From positions 1,319,190-1,383,189 of the forward strand of contig NW_004797325.1 of NCBI RefSeq assembly GCF_000002075.1: a stretch of DNA of 64,000 nucleotides, given 5' to 3'. Source of the DNA: Aplysia californica (lineage: Eukaryota). Positions 26,801 through 38,354 of the stretch are shown one piece after another. Both the position numbers and the translations under genes were made by a program. The notes under the pieces are model-generated. The model was not told where the DNA came from, did no database searches, and was given only the letters and a program-made list of their open reading frames with translations. Positions within the stretch are counted from its first letter, which is position 1; each line of letters begins with the position of its first letter.

Positions 26801-29800
26801 ATGAAATTCTCTTCACATTTATTTAAACAGCACTGTCAACTTTCGGGCCCATCAGTTCCTGGATAGATGCAGTCAGGGAAGGAAATGTGGTGCCATTGAT
26901 GATAATGTGTTGTCATTTTTACTAAAGGAATTTCGGTTATTACAACTTATGTGACTTGCGTGTACAACTGTGATCTTGCTGTTGAACCGCCTTAATGTCC
27001 AATGGTTTTAAGGTAAATTATACTTTGAAATTCTTCCTTCCCACTGGCGATCAAGTCACACTTTGAAATATTTTGTGACCAAGGAAATAAAAGTAGAATA
27101 TGGTCTGTTTATTTTGAACAACGTTAAGAATTATTGTACGACATGTGGTTGTCAGGATTTCTTTATCATTTGTTATATGTAGCTACCTTTTTTTTTCGAA
27201 ATTTATTTTCTCTTATTGTAAGTCACGATTTGTTTCTTGATTCAGGTATCGAGCTAGTTCTTTTGGTGCTAAATCTGATGTGGATATGTTCTGTCGAGAG
27301 GTGGCCATACTAGCCAAGCTGAACAGCCCTTATGTGATCAACTTTGTGGGAGCCTGTCTGGACGACCCCAGCGTGAGTGGATTCCTGTGTCCTGTATTCC
27401 TGTATACTTGATTTTTTACACTTTAACTTATGCAGATTTTGTCAACCACTATGTGTAAGAATTTGGAAAAAAATCAGTTTGAGTTTCCAATCAAAAATAG
27501 ATCAATTTGATTAGGTTCATAGTCATTTAATACCCTTTTTTTTAATGAATAGTGTTCTCTTTTTGTTTCAGCGGTTATAGCGTAAACAAAAAAGCATGCG
27601 AGACAGGCTGGGTTTTTGTTTTTTGTTGTTTTTTTTTGGGGGGGGAGGGTTATAAATCAATATTTTTTAGAAGAAGTGGATCATTGTTGAAAAAAACTAT
27701 GATTCCTGCCGTGTGCTGTCTCTATGTTCTTAACTACTCAGATGGTACCTCAAATGCTCCAGCTAAAGTCCTGTTTAAACTAAGCTAAGCAGAAGGCTCG
27801 GATTAAATGACTGATGCCAGCCTGAGCTTGCCACTGGAGAATCTGAAAATCTTTTATCTCAAACCCATTGTTTCACCGTGAATCTGCCCTTGTATTCTGT
27901 TGAGATAGCCAGAAATTCAGGGCTATTTAATACTTGAAAACCAGTTGTTTTTCTTTTTTCTTTATTTATTTTACCCTTTGAGAGTTTTTTGTCCATATAT
28001 GTGCTGTTTTGTGTTCCTGTTCTGATGTGATGGAACAAGCTAATTTCGGTTTTGTTTTGTTTTTTCGGCATGACCTCAGCAATTTGCAATTGTAACCCAC
28101 TACGTGGCTGGTGGATCCCTCTTTAGCCTGTTGCATGAGCAGAACAGGTGAGCCCATGAAACTTCTAGCATGCTTTGAAATGATCGAATCTATTCCAGAT
28201 TTTTAAGGGAGGGGGGTTTCAGAAACTGTGCTCTTCTGACACATTTGTGTTGCATCGTGGTGGAATCAGGGGCACGTTAATTTTTTTCATATTAAGTTAT
28301 TGGTATAGTATAATCTAAAGCCTTTTTATTTGTCTTGCTTTTGGTGAAAAAATATCCATCTATCTTGAGTAGAAGTCAAGGTATTTTCTATTGAAGGAGG
28401 TGGGGGTCACCTGGTGTCAGTAATAGTGAGAGAGAGAAACACCAAAACAATGAGCCAGGATCTGGACAATAAAGGCTTATCTTATAGCACAACCACTACT
28501 ATTGTTTGTAGTCACGAAATAGTTCCACCTGACAGCCATTATAATATTCTGTTGTTTTTGGGGGGATTTTTATTGTTTTGTACAACAGTCATAATTGTCC
28601 TGATCTTACTACAAGTTTGGGATGTAGCACCAAGAAGTGGAACTTCTTTTTTTTAATATAGATAGTTAATAGTCTCTTTCGTTGCCTGCAATCTTTTTAA
28701 GCCATTAATTCTGTAGTTTTAAAGTTTTATCTGCTTCTTTTTAAGCCATTAATTCTGTAGTTTTAAAGTTTTATCTGCTTCAAGAGTGTGTCCATTTTGC
28801 AAATATCTTGGATTCTGAGTAAAAGCCGTGGGTGGGTGAGCCTACTTCATTACTTTTTCTTAGTCAGTTATGTGTAGTCTTTCTTTTTTCCCTCCACAGC
28901 ATGACAGATTTTGGTAAAATTAACGAGAAAATGGCTGCCAAAGTTTGGTGACTTTCAAAGCTGGAGTGTCCTTAAAAATACAAATCTACATCATATTTGT
29001 GTATTTGACGTATGTTTTTGAGTAAAATCCATGCTCGAATGTGTTTTTAAGTGAACCAAAAAATCGATAAAAATTGCCAAATGGGCTGAAAAATGTTAAT
29101 TTCTTTGATTTCATTATTTTGAAGAGCGCCTAATTTCACCTTGATGCTTTCAATTTTTGTTCAAAGATGATTTTATACTGAGTTTACCACTGCAGCATCT
29201 ATTTCCCATGAAGTATTGTCCCGCTTGTTCTCCTTTGTAACTGTTGTCTTCTGTCTCTTGCTTTTTCTCAGCTTTTTTTTTTACCGTTATTGTGTCAATG
29301 TGCTTGTCTTTATTCAAACAAACAAACAAATTTGCTGGCTTTAGTTTTGAGCTGAAGAGTTGGACTGTAATGTTTCTTTCTTTCATCATTTAATTCTCAT
29401 GACTGATTGAAAACTGTGTACTTGGAAAGATTCTGATGGAAAGGTGACAATTCTCTGAGAGGTTTGAAGGTAAAAGTCCTTGTTTTAAAGATAAAGCTTA
29501 TTTTTTTCCTTTACCTCTGCACACTTGTCTGTTTTCTCTCAGGCTGATTGACATCCATTCTAAGCTGACCATTGCTCTGGATGTGGCCAAAGGTATGGAA
29601 TACCTGCACAACATGCCACTGCCCATCATCCACCGAGATCTCAACAGTCACAACATTCTGCTCGAGGAGACTGGCCACGCTATCGTTGCCGACTTTGGAG
29701 GTGAGTTTGTCTTTTGGAATTCCTCTTTTCCAGAAACTTCTGAAAATCCAGACTGCTTCTCTTGTTCCTTTAATATTAAGCCTTCCAGGCGACATATGAA

Positions 29801-32800
29801 TACAGTAGTTTACTGTGAATGTGTGCTTTGTACGCATCCATCTTGGTTTTGATGTCCTGATTCTCATTAAATTTAACTGTCTGTTAAAGTTTGCTCCAAT
29901 GTACGGGAAGCTTTACCAAGTTTGATGCATAGCAAATGATCAAGTGCCTGTTTGTTGTTGTTAATGAAGCATATGTGTGAGAAATTATCTATGCATTCTA
30001 GCTTTTTATTTCCAATATTGATTTCTGTTTGTTCTGTTCCTTCTCCTTGGTAGAAAGCTTACATCATGTTTTTTAACAGTTCATCCTCTGAGTTGATCAC
30101 AGCTGCGGCATCCTCCGCTAAAGCAGATAGTTTTCTGATGCAGACTTGACTGACCTTTGTTTTTGTTTTCAGTCTTTGGGCATAGGGAAGTTCTCTGTCA
30201 TAGACACATATATATCTGTTTGAAATGATTGCTTTGTTTGACTAGTAGCATAATTATGGGTCTTTTGGGGTCGCTGTTTGGTTTGTTTTGTTGTTTTTTG
30301 TGGGGGGGGGGGGGGGGATCCCCGCCTGTCGCTGTGCTTGAGATTTTAGTTAGCTTCAAGATCAGTCATCCTGTTCTATTTTAAACATTTGCTTTTTTTG
30401 GCTCATTAGCTGTCATTTTCTTGCCACCAGAGTCGCGGTTTTTGAGATCTACAGATGAGGACAATATGACAAAACAGCCAGGGGTGAGTTTTATTTTCTG
30501 GACCATGTTTGATTATAAATATTCAAGTATGAAATGTTCCGTTATAAGCTTTAACTCACTTCAGACGGGTCACACAACAGATGCGTGACCCCCGCCGCGA
30601 CGCTCGCGACGGTTCCCACAAGCCCTGCGTGACCAACTTTGAAATTATTTTTTCGCTCTACAAATCACGCATGGATCGCATGACCTGCCTCGTACCCTTG
30701 TTTGGCCAGACTTCGTTTCGTATCTCTGGGGCCCGTAGTTTTTAAGTTATTGAAGGTGAAGGACAGTGACCCCAACTGGGGTTGAACAGACCGGAACTCG
30801 CGCTTTGTTTTTTTCTATACAGCTGATAGTGATCCGACAGTCGCATCGTAGTAACGGTCGAAGAAGTCACGTGAACAAGAATCACATAATTTCGCCGTTT
30901 TCGATACTTCTGTACGTTTCACTAGTTCTTGTGTCTCAGAATATGACGTGTCTGATAGTTAAAATCCTGGATATGTACCCGAACACGGTCCGAGTCGTAG
31001 TTCTAGAGCTAGATCTAGCACTAGTACTGGTGCTGTTCGCGCAACGAAATCACAACGTCGTGCCGTACATCTGTCTCATGTAATTGAACAGTGTATGGGT
31101 CTGAATCAACGCACAGACCTGCTTTTATATTTTCACCAAACACTCACACATGCATACAAATCAAACCAGAACACTTTCAACTTTTATTTTTGTTGTTGTT
31201 GTGAATTTCATTCTGCTTGTCACGTCTCTGGAAATTTTTTCGGAAAATCAAATTCATGCCAATTTTTTAAAAATCATACAAATTAAAGTATAAGACTTAC
31301 ACAACTTTAGTTTTTTGTATTACATTAAGCTTGAATGTTACTTTACTGTGTCAAAAAATAATTACAATAGGGTAATTTTGAGAGTGGTGTTTTATTGAAA
31401 TACTCCCAAAAACGCCAGTCTTCAACGCTTGTGACTGGTGAAAGGGCCCAGTAGTAAGTGAGTTAAAACCAAAAAAAAAGTATTTCTCCTTTTTTTCCAA
31501 TTGTTTTATGTAACTACCTTGTGTTGTTATGTTGAGACACCTCTCCTGCATACATCTTATTTGATATTATGTATTATGCTGCAATTTGGGATATACAGCT
31601 GAAGGTGCTCTCATAATCCCCTGTCCAAGACAATCACCTGAACTAACGACTACTTCTCACTTTCCCCTCTGTCATTTTTTCACTATTATAATGACCCTGT
31701 CCAAGAGGAGTGCTGCTTAAGATGACCACTTCTTTCCTGAACAGTTGTGAGCCCTGTAAGACAGTTACCAAAGCAACAAAAAAAAAGAAACAGTGGGTGG
31801 TCATCTTGCACAGGTTCGACTTTATTTGATATATATATGTGTATGCCACTGTAACACAAATGTTGGCATTCTGGCTTGGTATTGCCTTGTCTCATGCATT
31901 CCGTAATAACTGTCTAGGACTAAAATCACCACAAAGAATGCTTCTTTATCCATGTTATCTAGTTAAAGACAGATAACCAGGCGTGGGTGGTTGGCGGGTG
32001 CTCTGGTGTGGTTTGCTCCTATCAAACATCTTTCTTTGTTATCTCTCCTCCTTTTTTTTTTTTAATGTATGTTATTTCTTTTACTTCCTTTCCTCTAATC
32101 TTGGGCACTAAAATGACCTGTTTGTATGGCAAGTGCAGTAAAACTCTTACTAAAACTAAAGGTAACAGTACAATAAATGTGAGGGAGAGGATTGTAAAGG
32201 AGTATTGACAGCTTTGGTTTGCTCTCAAACTCTGGGAAATTTTCGGTTGGATGCTATAGACGGCGAAAGATCTTGTCTGTTTGTTAGTGTTTGAGCACTT
32301 AATCAGCTGCTTGCACTGTATGCTTCATGGGAAGCGGAGAATGTTTCTGAGTGTTAGGTGGTCTGCTGGGGTAATAATATAGTGTAAAGCGCATAGGGCT
32401 TGCTGTTGAGCAGGGGTGTGCGCTAAGCAAATGCTATTTATTATTCATTAATATTATTATGCAGTCGGTAAACACTGAGTTGTATGGTTCCATACAATTT
32501 GCGCTCCTCAGAACCTGCGCTGGATGGCCCCCGAGATCTTCACCCAGTGTACCAAGTACAGCGTTAAGGCGGACATGTTCAGTTTCTCACTGGTCCTCTG
32601 GGAACTACTGGCTGGCGAGCTGCCCTTTTCACACCTCAAGCCAGGTCTGTCCGGCTTTTCTTTTTCTGTACTACTTTTGAAGTTTTATTGGGTTCTTTTT
32701 TTTTAAGGGGGGCATTAGAGGGGATACTGTTGTATTTGGTTGGAGATTTTTTGCTCACGAACAAAGTCATGCATGATCAGAAAGCCAAGTTTTACATTGT

Positions 32801-35800
32801 TAATAATAGGAATGTGTTCTAGAGCAAGAATGATGACCTTAGCTTGAAAACAGGGCAGTGCACTGAGGGAACCAGCAACAAAGTTTTCATGACAGTGTAT
32901 GGTGGTGTTCTAGTTCTATTTGATGTGATGTTGTGTAATGTGCTGCATGCTTTGATTTACAAAATATTTCTTAAATACACACCATTCTTACGCAATTGAC
33001 ACTGCAGGCTTGCCACTTTTTCTTACTTGTTCCCTGTCATACGTGTTCTCAGCTGCCGCGGCTGCCGAGACAGCCTACCACAACACCAGACCCCCTATCG
33101 CTATCACGTTCCCCAAGCCACTGGTTGCATTGCTGCATATAGGATGGCATGCTAACCCAGACGTAAGCTATTCTCCACAAAGTTTTTTTCCGAAAGGCCA
33201 CCCCCTACTTTGCATTTCTTTTTTTTTTTTTAGAATCCAGGCCTCTTTTAAAGAAATATTTTCTGTCACTCAGTGTCTTTACATTTAATAAAACAGAAAA
33301 GAACTTTCTTTTTTTTTTTCAAGATCATTATGCATTGTGTGGAAAGTCCCCAGAAATTGACATTGACTGAAGTTTTGTTTGTGGATTTCTGGTGGAAACG
33401 GAGATAAGTCTTAGTGACATGAACCCCAGAACCCGTAACCTCACAATTATGAGTCTGTGGAAGGCATAGTGTGAGAGAAAAAACAAAATAACATAGCTGA
33501 AACAAAAGAAGAGACATGAAAAAGTAAAAATGGAACAACAGAATGGCTGGACTAACGATGCCACAATAACACTCACCAGTCTCACTCAGGAATTGTACAG
33601 AATTGTTTTTTCTTTCAATAGGCCTGATACAGCCCCTAGTGTTTAACAATTTCTCTTTGCCAAAAATTTAATATGTCCCCAACTTTTGGTAGTTTTTGAT
33701 TGCCATAAGTCTGATATATCCACGCATTGCCTAATCCTAAAACTGTGACATTATAAATTTCTTGTGTTGATGCTTCTATGCAAGCCGTCTATTAAGTTAT
33801 TAAGACTGTGACGATACATTTCTAGGAGAGGCCAGAGTTCCGGGAGATTATCCCCATCATCGATGAGTGCAAGCAGTCGCAGGCCGTGGCCATGCTGAGC
33901 AACGTGGAGCCCTCGAGCAACCCCTCACTGCCCCTCTCCCTGCCCATGGTCACCAATCAGGACTCGGACGGGGAGGGGAGAGACACGCCCCCGATGGCTG
34001 GTCATGTGTCTGCTATGAGGAACCACTGGGAGATGGAAGCTTCCAGGAACAGGTGAAGGAAGGGGGTCATGGTCGGTTCAGGCTATTGTCAAGCATGTTT
34101 TCGATGAGTCAGGGATTTGGGTGGGTCTAGGAGAGACAATGATATGTGGACACCTGATGATCATATTGTGCTGGGGGAAAGCAACTGGTTTTTTTCTTAA
34201 ATGAGTAGGCCCTTTTAAATCTTTATGGTTGGGATTTGTCTATTTCTGTCCCGGCAGAATTATGCAAATTTAGATGGCCAAATTATGCACACAAAAAAGC
34301 CAAATTATGCAAAAATTATGCAAGTTACCGTAACACTGTTCGTGACATGTTTTGCACTTTTTCACCAAGAATTTTCATGTTGTATGTACAGAAAAATTGA
34401 AAACAGAACATATCAGTATCAGTAATTAGTTGTGTATTTGGAAAGAAAACAATACACGTCAGTCAGAAAAAAAAACAACAACCAAAGAATATAATGTCTG
34501 TAACTTTCAGCTGTAGATCTAGATCTATAGAGGAAAGAAAAAAAGTTTTAAAAAAAAAATTTTTTAAAAAGGACATCTGGACCTCTGGTGCTGGCACATC
34601 ACTAAAACCAGGGACACCTGGCAAACATGAAACATCAGCAGACATGAGAACAACTTTTGATGTGTTGAAAAATTGAACATGCTCAAGGAACAAAATCCCA
34701 AACCCATAACCATGAACCAAGGTCTTCTAACAAGGGAAATGACCAACTTGTCACGTAAGTGAGACTTACTACGATGATTACTACCCTTTAGTCACATGGC
34801 GAGGCGTTCATTAATAATTGTTTTGTGAAAAAAGAGAAAAAGGTAAAAACACGGGAAATCCAAAATTATGCAAATGTTGCAGAATTACGGGAAAAAAACG
34901 CGGCCACACAATCGCATAATCCGACAGGGACAGCTATTTTTAGCTAGACCATATGCTGAGCCAATAGATGTGTATATATAAAGGTATGTACACGTGAATG
35001 TGTCCGGGATTGTTTGAATATGTACTTGTCTGTATGAATGCAATATCAAGCTAGGATGGTGTCACGGTACCACTGGTAGAGTATGTCGTCACTACGCTTG
35101 CAGAATGGCATAACTCAAGAGCTGTGAAAATATTCAACTAGCCTTTTGTTTTTTGTTTGATGGTACTGTATCTCATCATCATCATTGCCTTTCTCGCCCT
35201 GCACCAGGGTATAGGCCACGGACAAACACTTTCCTCCTTTCTCTATCCTGTGCTAGCCTCTTGAAATTATTCCATGTCTTCCCAATATTCTGTACATCAA
35301 TTTCTGTGATTGTTCTCCAGGTTCATGCAGTCTTCCCCTTGATCTTTTACCATGTCGATTCCAACCCAACACTTTCTTTGTTATGTAGCTGCCTGACTTC
35401 CTGAGAGTATGTCCAATCCATCGCTACTGCCTTTTTCCTACCTCATCTCTGACTGGGATCTGTCTTGTTTTCCCTAACACTTTTTCGTTGGTGACCCTGT
35501 CTGTCCATCTGATCCTCAGTAACTTTCTTAGACACTTGTTCATGAAAACCTGGATCCTTTTTATGCAAGTCTGTGATGCGTTCCATGTCTCACATCCATA
35601 TATCAGGACTGACCACATTTGAATTGAAAACGCTCAACTTTGTTTGAAGTGAGATATCTCTGGTCTTCCAAATCCTATTCAAGGATATGAAAGCAGCCTG
35701 TACTTTTCCAGTGCGGAACTTTATTTCAGCACCTGTTCCTCCCTCTCTGCCAACTATACTCCCAAGATAGCAGAAGGATTTAACGTCTCCTAGTGCATTT

Positions 35801-37755
35801 CCTTCTATTGTGAGCTGCTACTTTCTTTGTGCATCTCTCCTTAGGACCTTTGCCTTTCTGGGGTGTCCTCAATCCAACAGATGGTACTATCTAAACAAAA
35901 CCAAAATCTGAACAAAAATGTGCTGGCAGTCACGAAAGAAATATGTGTGTCAAGTTTTACCATTATTAGGTGATAACTTTTCCAGTTAACTAAAGTTGTT
36001 TTTTTTCCATTTATCTCAAAAGTAGCAAAAATAAGATGTGCCATTTTGTAACATTGTGATGATGTTTTGTCTTTTCCCTATTTGCTTTCCAATGTCTATA
36101 GCCTTTTTAAAAAAATCCATTTCATGTTTTGGCTATATCATTTATTTTTGTGGGTTTTTTTAACAGTGTATCTGGGTCAAGTGAAGACAAGAAAAGATAT
36201 CCATTTCCCCAACTAGACAAGAATGGTAAGAGGAAAGAATCAATAGTCAGTCACAGCTCTCAATGTGTCCTCTGTTTTGTAACCATGTAGCCCTTTCAGT
36301 GCAAGTGAGTGGGTGGTTGGCGGGTACTCTGGTGTGGTCTGCTTCTTCTTTCCTATCAAACATCTGTCGTCTTTTTCTCCCCTTTTTCTTTTTTGTGTTT
36401 GCTACTTTCTTGAAACACCTCTATTTTTTATCTCTCTCACTATGCCTTCCAGGAGCCTTGCTCTTGTAATTTGAATCTACAGTACAGGAGAGACTCCCTC
36501 GCTTAAATCATCAACAGGACAGTTTTGATCTGGGGTGATGTGGGGAGATTTCAAGACTCTTGACTTGTCCTTTATATAACGTTACAGTGGTTTAGGAGTT
36601 GCGTTGATGCCATTTCATACAATTTAACCATGGTTCAAATACCTGCAGGGCATTCTTAAACCTGCCTTGTTTGGGAAGTTCTTATGGCTCTCCACTGACC
36701 AGCCTCAGTGGTGTAAGAAATGAAAATTAATACCTGATGTCCTGCCTGTTTAACAATGTTACTGTGTGAAAGGGACATTAGTTATATTTATATCAAACTA
36801 CATACTACCTGCACTGTACAAATTAATAAAGCCCATGAACTTCTCTTTCTTTAAAACAAAATAAATTCAGAGCAGGCATAGTTTCACTGACCTATAACTG
36901 AGTCTTTTGTGGAGATTTCTTGTGTACTTTGTCTTCTCTATTATTTCTGTTTCAATGTTTGGATATACATAACATATGTGAAGTGTGCTGACAAAATGAG
37001 TTACTTCTCGGATTCAAGCCTTACGGAAATAGATACATCACGGTTATAGGTGAAGTTTTTACAACTTACAAGTAAAAAGTAATAAAAGACTAGTAATACT
37101 TAAAGAATATGGCATTGATAGGAAATCTGAAAATTTGATTCTGATGTCGATTTTCGGCTAATATCTCCACTTGTGGATGTCAAGAAGTAACTCATTTTGT
37201 CAGCACATCTCACATATTGTTCTGTCCATGTATTAATTAATCAATATTTTCAAATAATTATCAAATGTGGATGTCACTGACTTGTATTTTATCTGTACGT
37301 TCAATTTATGTTACTTTCAATTTCACTTTTCACCTCCTCATTTCGTAGATTTCGGTCTGACTCTTCAGTCACAATGGTTTTTCTTTTCTTTTTTTCAGTT
37401 TATGATTGTCAGGCTATTGTGTGACTAATTTTCTCCTTGAAATTTTTTTAAAATTCATATGTACATACATACATATTATGTTCTACGTACACACCTGTCT
37501 ATCAATTTTAAAATTCAACTTCTCTTTGAACGTAATGTACCCTGAGCATTTCTTGGAGAAAATGGAAATGCACAGCATAAATGCTATTTACCATTATTAT
37601 TATTTCGATTTCTCCCAATTCTCCCCGCAGGCTACGTGTCTGACCCCATGTCCACTCTACGCATCTCCATGCCTCTGCCTCTGCCACCACAAGCTGCCTC
37701 CTCCGACAGCCCGCCCCTCTCTCCACCCCGACAGCAGGCAGAACCTGACAGTTGA
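8775..37755 (+). CDS. TNNI3K: Serine/threonine-protein kinase TNNI3K orthologue, spliced CDS of 21 coding exons, 852 aa (ankyrin repeats + TKL kinase + Ser/Pro-rich tail)
   Basis: join(8775-8814,9342-9453,9834-9937,10516-10613,12945-13055,13423-13521,14480-14624,15605-15743,16973-17077,18467-18717,22427-22570,24860-25010,27246-27372,28080-28147,29543-29700,30431-30483,32512-32644,33053-33162,33826-34052,36167-36225,37631-37755). All introns GT-AG, phases consistent, 2559 nt open. Diagnostic motifs: [57 protein letters not shown]. Confidence 0.95.
9342..9453 (+). CDS. TNNI3K: TNNI3K coding exon 2 ([11 protein letters not shown]...)
   Basis: ttcag acceptor, gtcagt donor, phase 1 to 2. Confidence 0.88.
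9834..9937 (+). CDS. TNNI3K: TNNI3K coding exon 3 (...[15 protein letters not shown])
   Basis: Start of ankyrin region; ttcag acceptor, gtgagc donor. Confidence 0.9.
10020..10235 (+). mobile_element. RTE-like LINE 3' fragment
   Basis: Encodes [18 protein letters not shown]; degraded (TGA)n-like tail. Confidence 0.5.
10516..10613 (+). CDS. TNNI3K: TNNI3K coding exon 4 (ankyrin; ...[12 protein letters not shown])
   Basis: tgtag acceptor, gtaatc donor, in frame. Confidence 0.9.
11865..12771. mobile_element. Non-autonomous piggyBac-type MITE (copy 1)
   Basis: TTAA|CTCACTT...AAGTGAG|TTGA; closely similar to 30555-31462. Confidence 0.85.
12945..13055 (+). CDS. TNNI3K: TNNI3K coding exon 5 (ankyrin; GADVNQ...[11 protein letters not shown])
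   Basis: gcag acceptor, gtaaat donor, 111 nt, phase 0. Confidence 0.92.
13423..13521 (+). CDS. TNNI3K: TNNI3K coding exon 6 (ankyrin; ...[11 protein letters not shown])
   Basis: 99 nt ankyrin exon; ttcag acceptor, gtatgt donor. Confidence 0.93.
14480..14624 (+). CDS. TNNI3K: TNNI3K coding exon 7 (ankyrin; [11 protein letters not shown])
   Basis: cccag acceptor, gtaatg donor. Confidence 0.92.
15605..15743 (+). CDS. TNNI3K: TNNI3K coding exon 8 (ankyrin; HTPLHFCC...NIYGDTPLH)
   Basis: gacag acceptor, gtgagt donor. Confidence 0.93.
16013..16235 (-). mobile_element. RTE-like LINE 3' end inserted in a SINE tail
   Basis: Encodes [23 protein letters not shown]; (GAA)n tail; target-site duplication AAAACTTTT at 16004-16012 and 16236-16244. 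Confidence 0.8.
16973..17077 (+). CDS. TNNI3K: TNNI3K coding exon 9 (ACYNGK...[10 protein letters not shown])
   Basis: atcag acceptor, gtgagg donor. Confidence 0.93.
17285..17910. mobile_element. Non-autonomous piggyBac-type MITE
   Basis: TTCA|CCCTTTCCGGA...TCCGGAAAGAG|TTAA. Confidence 0.75.
18467..18717 (+). CDS. TNNI3K: TNNI3K coding exon 10 (ACTYGK...LHSACYHGH...[11 protein letters not shown])
   Basis: cctag acceptor, gtcagt donor. Confidence 0.94.
20460..21958 (+). mobile_element. Probable decayed piggyBac-derived element
   Basis: Right end ...caagggg|TTAA; acidic N-terminal remnant [27 protein letters not shown]; left end uncertain. Confidence 0.35.
22427..22570 (+). CDS. TNNI3K: TNNI3K coding exon 11 ([14 protein letters not shown]...[12 protein letters not shown])
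   Basis: ccag acceptor, gttggg donor. Confidence 0.93.
23456..24737 (-). mobile_element. Tc1/mariner element with defective transposase
   Basis: 26-bp TIRs TACTG(A/G)CGAGCAAAAGAAAGTGGGCA, TA target-site duplications; KSGRPR, FSDESRF, MVW and HLW motifs. Confidence 0.92.
23659..24429 (-). pseudogene. Tc1-like transposase pseudogene
   Basis: Frameshifted; internal deletion between MVW and IKHLW removes the second catalytic Asp region. Confidence 0.85.
24860..25010 (+). CDS. TNNI3K: TNNI3K coding exon 12 (Gly-rich loop GSGSFG, VAIK)
   Basis: cacag acceptor, gtgaag donor. Confidence 0.94.
27246..27372 (+). CDS. TNNI3K: TNNI3K coding exon 13 ([10 protein letters not shown]...GACLDDPS)
   Basis: ttcag acceptor, gtgagt donor. 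Confidence 0.94.
28080..28147 (+). CDS. TNNI3K: TNNI3K coding exon 14 ([21 protein letters not shown])
   Basis: ctcag acceptor, gtgagc donor. Confidence 0.93.
28693..28780. repeat. Perfect 44-bp tandem duplication
   Basis: ctttttaagccattaattctgtagttttaaagttttatctgctt x2. Confidence 0.9.
29543..29700 (+). CDS. TNNI3K: TNNI3K coding exon 15 (HRDLNSHN...DFG)
   Basis: ctcag acceptor, gtgagt donor; catalytic loop. Confidence 0.95.
30431..30483 (+). CDS. TNNI3K: TNNI3K coding exon 16 ([18 protein letters not shown])
   Basis: accag acceptor, gtgagt donor; activation loop. Confidence 0.93.
30555..31462. mobile_element. Non-autonomous piggyBac-type MITE (copy 2)
   Basis: TTAA|CTCACTT...AAGTGAG|TTAA. 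Confidence 0.88.
32512..32644 (+). CDS. TNNI3K: TNNI3K coding exon 17 (NLRWMAPE...HLKP)
   Basis: ctcag acceptor, gtctgt donor. Confidence 0.94.
33053..33162 (+). CDS. TNNI3K: TNNI3K coding exon 18 ([16 protein letters not shown]...)
   Basis: ctcag acceptor, gtaagc donor. Confidence 0.93.
33826..34052 (+). CDS. TNNI3K: TNNI3K coding exon 19 (ERPEF...[12 protein letters not shown])
   Basis: tctag acceptor, gtgaag donor. Confidence 0.9.
34246..34933. mobile_element. MITE with ~20-bp imperfect TIRs
   Basis: CTGTCCCGGCAGAATTATGC vs reverse complement CTGTCCCTGTCGGATTATGC; flanked by CTATTT direct repeat. Confidence 0.65.
35172..35840 (-). mobile_element. RTE-like LINE 3' fragment
   Basis: Encodes [10 protein letters not shown]...[20 protein letters not shown]; (TGA)n tail at 35172-35185. 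Confidence 0.85.
36167..36225 (+). CDS. TNNI3K: TNNI3K coding exon 20 (...PFPQLDKN)
   Basis: aacag acceptor, gtaaga donor; phase 2 to 1 bridges exons 19 and 21. Confidence 0.85.
36974..37217. mobile_element. MITE with ~35-bp TIRs (ATATGTGA...)
   Basis: atatgtgaagtgtgctgacaaaatgagttacttct and its reverse complement, 2 mismatches. Confidence 0.8.
37631..37755 (+). CDS. TNNI3K: TNNI3K last coding exon (GYVSDPMS...AEPDS*)
   Basis: cgcag acceptor; TGA at 37753-37755. Confidence 0.9.
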
Positions 37756-38268
37756 CAGCAAGAACACAACTACACCCCAGACAAGAATCCAGGTCTTCCT
37801 AGTGTTTGATTTTATGGATGCCATAATTTATCATTTAAAACCTCTGCTGTGTGCTTTGAGTGCCAGGTAGCACTGCTGTCTGCACATAGTCCTGCTGTTT
37901 GTGGATAGATTATTGTCAGTATCTTTTAACAATCGCCCAAATAAGTTTCTGTAACATTCTCCTCGCGCACAAGTTGGGGAGGGGTTTTTTCAGTTCTATT
38001 CCATGCACATGCTGAGTTACCAGCTTGAAGGGAATTGAATGAGGAAACCAAATGCAAATGCGAATTAGTTGAGGAATAGACTGTTTTTGCATAGAGAGAG
38101 GCTAAAGATGGAACAAAACATGATGAAAAACAGGACTCGTAATGCAGATAGCATACATGCTACATTTGGGGGGGGTAATGAAAGATAAAAGGTTCCTGTT
38201 TAAATTATCATCATCCAAGGTGCAGAAAAACTGTAATCCACACAAAAAAATATAATCTAGCAAGAGAG

Positions 38269-38325
38269 AATAAAGTTTTGACAACAGCAAGTGAAGTTTG
38301 AAAAATAATCAACGTCATCAATAAA
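38269..38325 (+). terminator. Candidate TNNI3K polyadenylation signals
   Basis: AATAAA at 38269-38274 and 38320-38325, about 0.5 kb after the stop codon. Confidence 0.4.
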
Positions 38326-38354
38326 AATGTGTACTCGCCAGAGCAGGCATGTAC

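Noticed and set aside
25300-27200. Possible transposon remnants in intron 12
   Set aside because: TE-like composition, but no matched termini or protein motifs identified
37345-37375. Hammerhead-like core on the minus strand (CTGAAGAGTCAGACCGAAA)
   Set aside because: I could not pair stems I and III or find a cleavage triplet; an Infernal search would be needed
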